A DNA stretch of 64,000 nucleotides, taken from positions 31,538,299 to 31,602,298 of the forward strand of contig NC_134025.1 in the NCBI RefSeq assembly GCF_964204645.1, in the 5' to 3' direction. The translations under genes were made by a program, and so were the position numbers. This document shows positions 12,556 through 24,995 of the stretch, piece after piece (the stretch's first letter is position 1; each line of letters begins with the position of its first letter). The notes beneath the pieces are model-generated. The model worked only from the letters and a program-made list of their open reading frames with translations, did no database searches and was not told where the DNA came from. Origin of the DNA: Tubulanus polymorphus. Taxonomy: Eukaryota; Animalia; Nemertea.

Positions 12556-15500
12556 ATTCTAAGATGTTACTATTTTATTCAGTGAAAATCTCTGAACTGC
12601 ATAAAATAATGAGATCTTAAACGGGATTATTAATTAATAACCTGAGTGTAACTTATCATAAGATAAATTGACCCTCAGTTTATCAGAGGTTTATACGTAC
12701 TTTAAGTTAACAACAATAGTTACTACTTGATCAACTTGACCTAAACGAACTTAAACTTAAACTAAACTTGACTTAAATCAACTGGAACGAATTAAATTTA
12801 AAACAGCGAAAATTATTAAAATGACTTAACAAAAACTAACTAATCTAAACTAAGGCTAACTTGAAACACACTAGTGATTAAATATTAAACATCATGCTCA
12901 CAATTTAACAAATCCCAGTTCAACAGTTGTGCAATTGTATGTATTTAAATTCTTGTATCCAAATCCAACTGTGGAACTGAGTACGGTTTTGTATGGAACG
13001 AAATAAATAAAATAAAAAAATATTGAGTGTATTTTTTATATGATGTTTTCAGCGACATATTTTGTTATGATGACAACAAATTAGCTTTGATTTATTTCAT
13101 TTCCAAAAATACTATAGATTATCATTACGTTCAAAGACCAATAAAAATAATAACATGACTGCTAGCATTAAGGCTAGAGGAAGTTCTGATTCAAAGATAG
13201 TATGGACGTAACTACTATTTGTATATTGTGCAGGAAAATAAAGTTTGTTGTTACTGTTTGTACTACAAGTGGTTGTATTATTATATCTATCTGATGTCAT
13301 TGAACTAATAATCTGAAACGCCACCTAGTAGTGATTTTCTGAATCTACGCTTCAATAATCTACGTCAATATCATACGTCGAGATGCTGAAAATATCATAT
13401 GAAAAATACACTTGCACTTTTTTTTTTATTTGTTGCATTCCATTATTGTGAAACACCGACTGAAAATGAGTGCATTTTCTGTTGTTAGTAGAAAACTGAA
13501 AATAAAACTATAAGAAAAAAGGTAAAGAAAGTATGAGAAAAAGTTCTCAATCACATTTCATATTTACTAAGCCTATATCAACTACGAGTAAAAGCTCTTT
13601 ATGCGTGCACTATATACAGCATGGGCCTTTTATATAACCACTATTTATATCTGTGTTGTGGACCACGTAATTGTGTCAAAGAGTATTCAGTGATAAAACC
13701 TGGACCTTCAGTTATTCCATTCTCATGAAATCACTGGGGTTCGAATATACACAGTGATAGTCGAATATAGAATATTTCATCAAATTGATCTTTTAGTTTG
13801 TATCAAAATACAAATAAAACATTGTTCTAAAAGAATATATACACATTACATAGTTTTAAAATATATACAAATTGAATAGTTTTTAAAATATATAGAAATG
13901 AAATAGTGTTTAAAATTTAAACAAATAAAAAGATACTTTTAGATAAAATATAACAGTTTAAAACAGTTTAAAAAGATACTTTGAGATAAAATATATACAA
14001 ATAGAATAATATTCACATAAAATTGTTTTTAGATATCATAGGTATTTTAAAATTCAGATATAAAATAGTCACTTTAATGGATTAAAATTCAAATAAAATA
14101 GTTTTTAGATATCATAGGTATTTTAAAATTCAGATATAAAATAGTAACTTTAATAGATTAAAATTCAGATAAAAAAGTTAAATTAAAATTGAAATAATTT
14201 AAAATCGTTTCTAGAATAGTCTTAAGATACGTGTAAAATTGTTTTTAGAATTATTTTAGAATTACTAGTTTAGAAGTATCAATGAAATTGTTTTCAGATA
14301 TGAATATTTCAAAAATTAATACAAGAATAGTTTTAGATGGATCACCTCGATCAATCACAATATCGAACCAAACCCCACAAGACCTGTAATCAATCAGTGA
14401 AAGAATCAAATAATAGTAATAATAATTCATATGAGATATGATTTTGGGCAATAGTAAAAACGAAACCAGGAAAATAATTGATCATATAATTGATGAGACA
14501 TGTATTCCAAAAACCGCAAATAATTTTGAGAACGGGAATGAAATCTTTGACAAGAAATGGAATAGGAAAAGTTCAAACTGAAGGACTCAAAATTTAGGAA
14601 TTTAAAATCTAAAACTGGAACCACAAAAATTACAATATTAACTGTCTTAGAAATCTATTAATGATGCTGGTAGGATTTTGTGACCTCTTAACAACAATAA
14701 TTGCAAAGTGGCTGAGAAACTACAAGTAGCCTCTTAGCATGTAATAAATTAGTAGGTTACTGGTATGTCACATACTTTGATACAACTTATGCCGTTTTTG
14801 GGGACCAAGGAAGCACCTGAGAACCTGATCTGATTAACTGCAATATGAATGATAGACCTCTTGAAAACAACTTCATCCTCGATTTCTTAAATCTATTGAT
14901 AATTCACTCTCAACAGCCTTAATCTGACGTGTGTTTTATGCATTGCTCGCCTACATGGAAACAATTCCACGCTCTATCAACCATATTTCAATTGCTAAAC
15001 GCAATTCCTGCAATTTAGACCCCAATCGAGGACCAGGAGTTACTTTATCAGAGCGGTGTCTATTACTGAGTTGCTCGATTGTTATGTACTTAACAACTTT
15101 CCTTTTAGACCATCTCCTCTATCATATCTCTCTAAACTCCTCTCTCTCATATCTCTCTAAACTCCTCTATCATATCTACCTAAACTCCTCTCTCATATCT
15201 CCATAAACTCCTCTATCATATCTCCATAAACTCCTCTATCATATCTCCATAAACTCTCATACCTCCCTGAACCTCCTCTCTCATATGCCTTATTGATTTC
15301 AACAAGAGATGCAGATTAATCTAACAAGAGTCTTAAAATCAAATCTTCATCCTGGTGGTCGTTAGGATAAGTAGAGATCAATATCAATCAATAAAACCTG
15401 ATCATTGAAGTGATTACGACTAATTCTCTAGTCCAAGATCTTTATTTTATTCTTTTTTTATCAAAGATTTGGATTTATCATTGCATTTTTGCAGATTTTA

Positions 15501-16242
15501 GCATGTTCAATTAAGAACTCGTAAATTCATGGATTGATCACTGATCCAGTGAACTTTCACACCCAAGAAATGTAATGAAATTGATTACCGTAGTCTTTGC
15601 TGTGGTTTCCTTTCTTGTGCAATTTTTAATCCAGACAATCTCACGTATATAAATATATATTCCTTTTCCTTATGAGTAAACATTTTAAATCCCTCCGATC
15701 ACATGTGAAGGATTTCCCTCCGTTGTTGAGCATTAGATATTAACATTTCAATCATTCAAGTTTTCGCGTCATATTAAATTAATCTTTAATTCTGTAATTA
15801 GAAAAACAAATTTGTTAATAATGATATAATGGTTTTACACTTGACGTATAAACGTCATAGTATTTGTGGGGAGGGGGCAACATGGAACATTGAACAATCT
15901 GTTTCAATGTAGTTTCCTAAGGAATCGCATTATGTGAAACATAGCTGTTCCTTCTCCATGTTATTTTCAGCTTCATAAGGAAATGCATTATGTGTGAAAC
16001 ATAGCTATTCCTTCTCCATGTTCCGGTAAAGTTCGATAAGGAATCACATGTGAATCATAGCTGTTCCTTTTGATTTGAAAAATCCACCTTTTTCAAACTC
16101 CATAGGAGTTATTGTAGGAATTGATTCCCTGAATATCCCAAAAGAGATTTACAACGGCCGACCATAGCATTAGAATAGATGTCTCCTAAGAAGGCTACTG
16201 CCACAATCAGGTGGTATGGATGGTTATTGCTGCAAAGTAGTG

Positions 16243-16680
16243 GCAAGGATGGTAAATGCTTCAGCATCGTGAGAAGCAAAATGAACCTTAATGATTAAGG
16301 TATTGTAATGGAAGTAGTAGCAAGGATGGTAAATGCTTCAGCATCGTGAGAAGCAAAATCAACCTTAATGATTAAGGTATTGTAATGGAAGTAGTAGCAA
16401 GGATGGTAACTGCTTCAGCATCGTGAGAAGCAAAATCAACCTTAATGATTAAGGTATTGTAATGGAAGTAGTAGCAAGGATGGTAACTGCTTCAGCATCG
16501 TGAGAAGCAAAATCAACCTTAATGATTAAGGTATTGTAATGGAAGTAGTAGCAAGGATGGTAACTGCTTCAGCATCGTGAGAAGCAAAATCAACCTTAAT
16601 GATTAAGGTATTGTAATGGAAGTAGTAGCAAGGATGGTAACTGCTTCAGCATCGTGAGAAGCAAAATGAATCTTAATGAA
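16243..16680. repeat. 77-bp tandem repeat, about 5.7 copies, with internal palindromes
   Basis: GCAAGGATGG at 16243, 16320, 16397 and onward; contains ACCTTAAT-G-ATTAAGGT. Confidence 0.95.
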
Positions 16681-17122
16681 TATGGGGTGGAACAAAAATG
16701 GTGTGGAACACAGTGGGATGTACAGTCAAAAAAAAGAAATAAATAAATGATATAAAATGTATATGAATGAGATGATGGATAAAAATTCCTTTCATCCAAA
16801 AAATAAATAAATTGATGAAATGATAATGAATTTTTTTTTAATTTTTATCTTTTTGAATTTTTTTGGAGATAAACCGTAAAACTCCATAAAATCCATATTT
16901 ACAAGGCTGGTTTTTATTTTTTTTCATATTTTTTTTCAAATAAAAATAAGGAAGGACTGCACGCCCACTGGTTCAAGGAGTGTTGACAGATATTTAACAC
17001 TGCGCAACCTGCAGATCGACGAAGGAGGAAGGGAAAACTGAGTTTCAAGAAGTGCCGATCTGCAGACGTGCTGGGCTGATGTTGTTGCCCGGGTGATGGC
17101 GAGTGAAGGGGCTGATATTATA

Positions 17123-17991
17123 TTATTGTGTTCGCCGACGTTTTACAAATTGATATTTTCCTTTAAAGGCCCCTTCAACATCGCGGAGCATTCTTATTGG
17201 ATCTTTATACTCGATGTTTCTTGACCAACCAGGGCCGCGCGCGATGAGCTCGACAGCGGGGGAAGGTGGTGGCCCCGCTGGAGCGCCCGATGTCGATGCC
17301 TGGGCGGGCGTATTATCATTTTCGTAATCATCATCACTTTCTTCATCTTCAAGTCTTCTTTTTCTATTTCTTGTATTATTTGATCTAGTTGTCGAAGTTG
17401 TAGTAGTACTAGTCGCAGTTGAAGTAGGTGGTCGTGGTCGTCTTTTCTTAGTAGTGGTAGTAGTGGTAGTAGTAGTAGAATTAGTAGTAGTTGCAGGTGG
17501 TTGTCGTGGTCGTCGTGGTGGTCTTATATCATCGCGAGGTGGTGGTGTTGCGGGCCCTGGTGGTGTCGCTCCAGGAGTGGCGAATTCCTCCTCATCACTG
17601 CTCGCCTCCTCAAAATTTGGTTGCGGAAGTGGGGGAGGACGAGCTGCACGTTTGCCTTTTTTTTTTGATTTCGGACGCCCCGAACCTATTGTGTAATCTA
17701 TATCTCTTGTCTTTTGACGGGGCGACCGACGCAGTGAAGGCGTCTGAAGCTGTGGCGCCTCTGTCGGGGTCACCACTGCAGGGGCGACCTCCTGCTCCAC
17801 ATTTACGGGAGAAGCAGGGTCCACCTCCTGCAAAGGAACCAACTCAAATGGTGGAATTATTTTAGGAGGAGTTGGCTCCTTAGGCCCGCAGATATTTGCA
17901 ACGCACCTTTTGTAAACGTTTTTCAATCCCGGAAGTGCTCTGCGGGCTGCTTCAGACTGGTCTTTCATCATATTTTCAATTATATCCAAAT
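17123..17991 (-). CDS. Orphan Pro/Thr/Arg-rich low-complexity protein segment (probable terminal exon, function unknown)
   Basis: About 290 open codons, GC-rich against an AT-rich background; strong acceptor (poly-T then CATTCCAG at 17992); basic clusters (KSKKKGKR, KKRRPR, RNRKRR), acidic patches, poly-Thr. No family recognised. Confidence 0.55.
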
Positions 17992-20080
17992 CTGGAATGA
18001 AAAAAAAAAACATTAAGGATCATGCATATTACACATAAATGACATGTTCGCATATAATTATCATATTTGTAAATAGTAACCTATAAAATAATGCAGTTAT
18101 CCAATAGTTGAATGTGATGTGATGGAAAAAACGAAGAGAGTTGGGTAAGAAGGGTCATTTGAACGTTTGGAAGCGATCGTAAGCTTATTTTGCGAGAAGT
18201 GATCATGTCACTGGTTGTACGATACGGTTGTACAACTAACTCCGTTGTAACTACACTTTTAACCGCTTTCATGATTTGCATCATCCATTACATAATAACG
18301 ATAAGTCGACAGTATCTCTGAATCTTTCAATACACATTTTATAAAGGTATTTTTATGTCTTATATACTTACATATTTCAGAACCAACCCTGTACGTGGAC
18401 GGGTACACTTTTGTTAATTCATTAATGGAACTACTGATTGTAATAAATTACATCCTACCATTACCTTGACAATCAATTTTGGTAGCAAATCATGAATCAA
18501 AAATACACTTGATTTTTTTTTCTGGGGTGATGACGTACCAGGTTCCAGGTGACAAAAACTATACATTATAATGAATGGAATTGTTACCCATGACCCTGGT
18601 TTCAAAATCTGGGAACCTCTTTGGAATAACACGCATGATAACTTTTCATCTATCAACCAATTGAAATGGAAACTTTGCAACGATAAAAGATCTAATTTAA
18701 AACAACAGATGTCGCGCTGTATCAACAAAAAATTAATCGATAATTCCTTTTATTCAGTAATTACTTTTCGAATGGACGAGTGAAAAATGTGTCCAAACTT
18801 CAGAAATGTATTCAATTATTTTGCAGAACACTTTTTTATTGCATACAGGGCCACACTCCATCCACGGTAAGTGGGAGAACTTGCATTTCATTTCCTCTGA
18901 ACATGAGGCAAGTGTGTACATATTATATTTTCTTCTGAATTTTCTCAAAAATGAAGATAAAAATATGACTGATTTTTTAATATTTTATTGTTTAAACTAT
19001 TTACAGCATGAATTAAAACAGAAAAACGACACAAATAATTTCACTTCGCTGAATCTAAAACCAGTAAAAACCATTTCACACAATACTGCCCGCTACTGCA
19101 CCTTCAGAAACAACACTCACTACAAATAAAAAACATTCATTTTGAAGAACAATATTTAACTATAACCATAAATGGCTGTAATTCATTATTCCCAATAGAA
19201 TATTCATTGTCAGCAATAGGCCTATCGGTACTCCACATATTCATTATATAACTCACCTAGAATGTATAATTCATCGTACAGCAGCCATTCATTTATTCAG
19301 ATCAACAAAATTCCATGCACAACCATTTCAGCTGATATTCATCATACAGTAGCCTCCGCCTAATCCGCTACAGTTTGGCACCTTCTATTTTTTACCTTAT
19401 TAGGCACCGGTTTTTAAGAATTGCAAAAATCAATTGATGAAAAGATTTATTGAGCCTAATAGCGGTCAAAATTATCAAGTTCTTTGTATTTTATACAATC
19501 TGATTAGATTTTAGATTTTTAATTATTAGCTCATTTTCTAATTATAATTACCCATATAATTCATATTTCTGACCGTAGACATAGAATATTCCATTGTCAG
19601 CTTTTAGCTGAGGGGTATATACCCGATTTGTTCATTTTGATACAAGAAATTTAGGGGGTTATCAAATAAATAGGTCACCGATTATAATTTATGCAAATTA
19701 GCTCATTTCCATAGGACGTCACTTTCAGTAAGAAAAATTACCACCAAAATTTTCCAAGGGTCAAACCCTACAAACTTCATGTTTCTTTATCCCGCAACAT
19801 TTTCCTCCGATTCAGTTCACTTGTGATGTCCTTGCATAATGGAAATTATGACCAGTCATGCGTGTGCATTAATAGAACATAAGGCCTAATCACGAACAGT
19901 TAAAATACATAAAGATGTTCTTATGTTTTTATGTATTTTTCCTAACAGAGATAGAAGGTTGATAGTACATACACGTATTCTATAATATAGGCGAACAGCC
20001 GTTACAGTTTACCGGTTCAGGCAGAGAACAAACGGAAATGAAGTGAACATTTATGGGATATGGGAAGCGTTCTGGGAAAT

Positions 20081-20340
20081 CAGGTCGTCATGGATTCGAA
20101 CCTGTACATTACCATTGTGTCCCCGGCAAGACACTTATCCTCATTTCCTCTCTCCACCCAGAAGTAAATTGGTACCTGGCCCGATAGAGGACCCCTGAGC
20201 GCCTAGCGGCTGCTCGGATGTTACTTCACCCCGGAGACTATTAAATGGCTGCGGCAATAAAACCGAAAATGTAAAGCGCTCTGAGCAGCATCTGGATTTA
20301 GGGCTTTATTAGACACATAATATTATTATTTTTATTATCA
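20081..20340 (+). mobile_element. tRNA-derived SINE, CORE-like central domain with L2-like 3' tail
   Basis: B-box-like GGATTCGAACC; TTGTGTCCCCGGCAAGACACTTATCCTCA..TCTCTCCACCCAGAAGTAAATTGGTACC; tail TGTAAAGCGCTCTGAG...(TATTAT)n. Confidence 0.7.
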
Positions 20341-20715
20341 TCGAACAGAGCAATACCATAAAAGGCAAAACATAAAAACAACATTTCATCTTTATTTCAT
20401 CGAATTGAACAGATTATACCAGATATAGACCATCTACCAGTTTAAGCGAAGTCTACAGTATCATTAAGGGCAAAAAATCCAATAAAATGCGATACATTTG
20501 AAAATATGTTTTTGTAAAATGAATTTTAACCGAATTTTAGTTCGAAAAATTGTGATATTTCCTTCGAGTACTGTACATTTCCCTATATGGTTTTTGCTAA
20601 GTAAGTCTAATTCATTTTCATTTCATCACAAACAGAAAATGGACACGAAAAATTTCATTCAAATTTCTTCTGTATTTTCTGTATTTTCATCATCAATCAA
20701 AAAAACTTAAACTTT

Positions 20716-21135
20716 TACTTTCAGAAACAACCGCCAGGGGTAAGATCCATTTCACTCGACACTACCCGCACCTGTACCTTCAGAAACAACCGCCAGGGGT
20801 AAGATCCATTTCACTCGACACTACCCGCACCTGTACCTTCAGAAACAACCGCCGGGGTAAGATCCATTTCACTCGACACTACCCGCACCTGTACCTTCAG
20901 AAACAACCGCCAGGGGTAAGATCCATTTCACTCGACACTACCCGCACCTGTACCTTCAGAAACAACCACCAGGGGTAAAAACCATTTCACGTGACACTGT
21001 CCACTACTGTACCTTCAGAAACAACCATCAGGGGTAAAAACCATTTCAGACGACACTGTTCACTACTGTACCTTCAGAAACAACCATCAGGGGTAAAAAC
21101 CATTTCAGACGACACTGTTCACTACTGCAACTTCA
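20716..21135. repeat. 59-bp tandem repeat, about 7 copies
   Basis: TTCAGAAACAACCGCCAGGGGTAAGATCCATTTCACTCGACACTACCCGCACCTGTACC; a related single copy lies at about 19060-19115. Confidence 0.92.
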
Positions 21136-21529
21136 TACAATCAAATCCATTCACTACAAATTACAGTAAGATTTCTATCTATAAAAATCAAACATCATTA
21201 AACAGCGAACAATAAACGATATTTAGAATTAGGCCTATTTCACATGAATTCATTAAGTATTTCAAATAAGTCACTACTTACCCTTCAAGTATAGAATTAT
21301 TCAGTGGAATAATTCACTATAAATACAGCTGCAGCCGTTTACAGAAAAAACAATATGAAATGTTGCCGTCGAACTTGTAAGGTGTAAAACAGGATAGACC
21401 TAGATAAATGTCAGGCCTGGATAACGGTAGAGGAAATACTTTTTACTTTAAGAAAATAAAAGAATTCTGAAAAATAAAACATTAAGTCAAAGGGTAGGCC
21501 TATCTGAAGACATCCTCGCTTGCCAGGGG

Positions 21530-21740
21530 TCCGGTATCACTCCCGAACTCGCTTCCACCAGCGCTCCCTGGCCTCACGACGCGTGATTTCATTACTGGCG
21601 CCGTTGCGCATGACGTCATATATCGATTTGCAAAATACTTCCTTGTTCGGAAAAACGTTCGCTGATTGGTCCATTTAAATGGAAAACCAACAGAAGTCTA
21701 CTGTCGTTTGTTACAAGCGCTGTGATTGGTACGACCGGAT
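21530..21740 (-). promoter_or_regulatory. CpG-rich promoter-like motif cluster
   Basis: TGCGCA 21605-10 abutting CRE TGACGTCA 21611-18; DRE-like TATCGAT 21621-27; ETS ACTTCC/CGGAAA; two CCAATCA boxes (plus-strand ATTGG at 21665 and 21725). Confidence 0.5.
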
Positions 21741-21904
21741 TCTGGTCGGCTAGTAACGACTCCAACGACTCGTGAGGTCAAGGGGTTCGGGGAACAGCTT
21801 TAGCTTAGTAGGTTCGAATCCCTTGACGGGTGAAGATGATCTGAAGAAAAGCTAGGAAATTTAATAAAATCTGGTCTCAGAACAAAATGAATCACACAGT
21901 TCCG

Positions 21905-22450
21905 TTACTGAGTAAACTGTCATCCGGATACTGAGTAAACTGTGGTCCGGATGCTGAGTAAACTGTCATCCGGATACTGAGTAAACTGTGGTCCGGATGC
22001 TGAGTAAACTGTGGTCCGGATACTGAGTAAACTGTGGTCCGGATGCTGAGTACACTGTGGTCCGGATACTGAGTAAACTGTGGTCCGGATGCTGAGTAAA
22101 CTGTGGTCCGGATACTGAGTAAACTGTGGTCGGGATGCTGAGTAAACTGTGGTCCGGATACTGAGTAAACTGTGGTCCGGATGCTGAGTAAACTGTGGTC
22201 CGGATACTGAGTAAACTGTGGTCCCGACACTGAGTAAACTGTGGTCCGGATGCTGAGTAAACTGTGGTCCGGATACTGAGTAAACTGTGGTCCCGGCACT
22301 GAGTAAACTGTGGTCCCGACACTGAGTAAACTGTAGTCCGGATGCTGAGTAAACTGTGGTCCGGATACTGAGTTAACTGTGGTCCGGATACTGAGTAAAC
22401 TGTGGTCGGGATACTGAGTAAACTGTGGTCCGGATACTGAGTAAACTCAC
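21905..22450. repeat. 23-bp minisatellite, about 23 copies
   Basis: Unit T(A/G)CTGAGTAAACTGTGGTCCGGA; explains the 23-aa-periodic spurious ORFs. Confidence 0.95.
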
Positions 22451-23019
22451 TGTATAAGACTCAGTACCTAACGAGGCACCAACCATTGACCGTAATAATG
22501 AATCCGTTAGAAATAAATCGTGTGTAAACTGTATTTGCCGCACGGCCGCAATATCTAGGATTCGCCAACAATTAGACGATGAAGATTCGGACTATGAGCC
22601 GAGCTAGTGTATGACATTCGTATCAAACATCATATCCTTAGTTTAGATCTAGTATAAACATTGAGTGGGTGTGGCTTTAGAATAGTTAGCTGAATGATAG
22701 CAGTTGCGAGGTATACCTCCTTCCTGCCATAATCTCCGGATCTCAAACTGTTTTGAGCAACTACCTTGAGATACGAGGAACAAAGTTTAACCAATAAATC
22801 AAAAATAGTGATCCTGAATTTCCTGACGATTGATGAACGATTAATAAAAAAAGAAAATCACATGTTTTCGGATCCTGGAGTCGCAGAGAAAAACAAAAGT
22901 AACGTAAATACTAGTTCTACTTTTCAGCGGTATCTAAAATGTTGGTCCCATAATGTGACGGGTATCTGGGACTTAACAGCTATCCGGTTCCTGTCTAAAC
23001 TATCAACTAAACCCGGTCC

Positions 23020-23225
23020 AGTTATTGACTAAAATATGGACTAAACCGTAGTCCACTAAAATATGGACTACACCGCAGTCCAGTTAGTGACTAAAATATG
23101 GACTAAACGGTAGTCCAGTTATTGACTAAAATATGGACTACACCGCAGTCCAGTTACTGATAAAAATAAGGACTAAACTGCAGTCTGCTTCCTGACTAAA
23201 TGGACTGAACCGCGCAGTCCAATTA
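23020..23225. repeat. Degenerate tandem repeat GACTAAAATATGGACTAAACCGTAGTCCA
   Basis: About 6 diverged copies with internal GGACT...AGTCC inverted repeats. Confidence 0.75.
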
Positions 23226-23757
23226 CTTGATTTATTAAACATAAATCAGGATTTTCTATGAAATGCATTGGTCTGGAGGCCTACACAGTTTAAATTATTT
23301 ATGTTGTAACTTATCTCTATTGACTGGAATATGAATAACATGATGAACATTTCACAATTTGGACAATATTTGGAACCGAAACCAGGAAATGAAGTTACTT
23401 CCTCGAGTTAATTCTCATCCACCAGAGCCTCTACTCACTATTCAATTCAATTCAATTCAAACTTAATTCACCATAGATTCGATAGCAAATTCAATTAAGT
23501 TTAAGAGTTTTCCAAAATTAAAAAGAGAATCAAAGAAATTGACATTAGATGATATTAGATTTTTTAATTGATGATATTCGAAATAATTGAGATTTAGACA
23601 ATTTGAGATTTAGGAAATCAAATAATGCGGAGATTTGAGATCAAATAATTTCAGATGTTGGAAATCAAATAATTTGAGATGTTCATCAAAAATAATCGAG
23701 AATTTGAGATACCCAAGATGAACTAATTGAGATTGATGAAGTAGACTTTGTACTTAC

Positions 23758-23857
23758 TCAAATCAAAAAACGCGCCGAGGGTTTCAGGGTCTAGAGTCAG
23801 CACCTCGGCGCGAACCAGCTTCAACAGTCCCGAAAAAAGGTCATATTTTGTAGACAT
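23758..23857 (-). CDS. Candidate small-peptide coding exon (MSTKYDLFSGLLKLVRAEVLTLDPETLGAFFDL...)
   Basis: First ATG of a putative transcript (exon 1 about 24580-24597, exon 2 23758-23981); donor A|GTAAGT; upstream TATA, CRE and CCAAT motifs. Confidence 0.4.
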
Positions 23858-24579
23858 ATTCAAAGTTGAAGTTCAAGTTTTAATTGTTGAAGTTGTAATT
23901 GTTGTAGTTGTCGTTGTACTGCTGCTGTTGCTTTTATAACTGTTGCTTTTTTAACTGCTGCTGTTGATGCTGCTGCTGCTACTGCAATGTAAAAACAATC
24001 TTATTAAAATCAAGAAAATCGAAAATTATTGACTCTAAGAAATAGCTAAATCGAGTTTCTATTAAGTAATAATAATAATTAACGTTAAATTATTGGGTGT
24101 CATAATTTTCTAAATATTAAATATAGAAGCCACCAGAATTAAGTTGAACGACGCTTCGAATGAAAGGTTTCTATGGATTCGAGTCATGGTTGAATAGACT
24201 GAGCTGTCTGTGTATTACACCTAGGCATGTCAACTAGCCGCTTTAGCGCGTAGATCTGAACAGCAGAAAAACTGCTTCCGAAAATTTCATAAATAAATTT
24301 TATCAATTTCCATTTCCTCAATAAAATCACAATAACGTCTTCATTATTTACTTCTAAATATTTGAAACGCCATTTGGGCAATTTTGAGCAAAAAGAACGT
24401 CAAAATGGAAATGTCATAATTAAACACCTATATAATATAATCCGAACTTTCGGAACTTTGGAAATTGTCTTACGTAAAACCGTATGCGAAACCTAAGGGG
24501 TATGTATGCAATTTACAAGTAAGATTAATAAATAAATTCCATCGAAAGAAATAAAATAAAATGGATGACGTTCGCTTAC

Positions 24580-24685
24580 CTGAAAAATGGCCGAACTGGA
24601 AGGAGGGATCAGCTGACCTGGGTTTTTATACTGACAGTGTGACGTCATTATCCTGACCAATGAAAAGTGCTGATATTCGCGCCCA
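24580..24685 (-). promoter_or_regulatory. Pol II core promoter plus short first exon
   Basis: CCAAT 24657-61, CRE TGACGTCA 24640-47, minus-strand TATAAAAA 24630-23, Inr-like CCAGTT about 24597, YY1-like GCCATTTT, donor CAG|GTAAGC at 24580/24579. Confidence 0.55.
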
Positions 24686-24924
24686 GTGTAGAAAGTCAAA
24701 ATTTTCTAATGGGATTCGAACCCGATTAACGCTACCAAAAGTATTTCGATCAAATCGACGAATTAAATAAAATTTATAATCATTATGATGTGTCCTCAGT
24801 AAACCCGACTAGAGCTGTTGTTTGCTCATCCGTTTGAAAAACTGTTGGCGATTTATTCTGAAAATCGCAGACCCATACAAAGTTGCATAGCCAACACTAA
24901 ACTTAAAATCCTCTGCGAGTACCA

Positions 24925-24995
24925 CGGGTCTATGGTCCAGTGGTTAGTGAGCTCGTCTGAAGAACTGACGGTCGCGGTCTCGAACCCGGCTGGAA
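24925..24995 (+). pseudogene. tRNA-like / SINE head remnant
   Basis: A-box TGGTCCAGTGG at 24933-43 and degenerate B-box GGTCTCGAACCC; the stems do not form a full cloverleaf. Confidence 0.5.

Noticed and set aside
17454-17865. Plus-strand Val/Gly-rich ORFs
   Set aside because: Antisense shadows of the minus-strand low-complexity exon.
18420-18800. Plus-strand frame interrupted only by TGA codons (recoding or alternative genetic code?)
   Set aside because: It is the exact antisense of an open minus-strand frame (TCA = Ser); no SECIS or homology evidence, and BIRC6 uses TGA as stop.
21765-21835. Functional tRNA gene (also considered at 24925, 32105 and 53380)
   Set aside because: A/B boxes are present but anticodon and other stems do not pair into a cloverleaf; treated as SINE or pseudo-tRNA heads.
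21892-22322. Periodic ORFs (PDHSLLSIRTTVYS...)
   Set aside because: Artefact of a 23-bp minisatellite cycling through frames.
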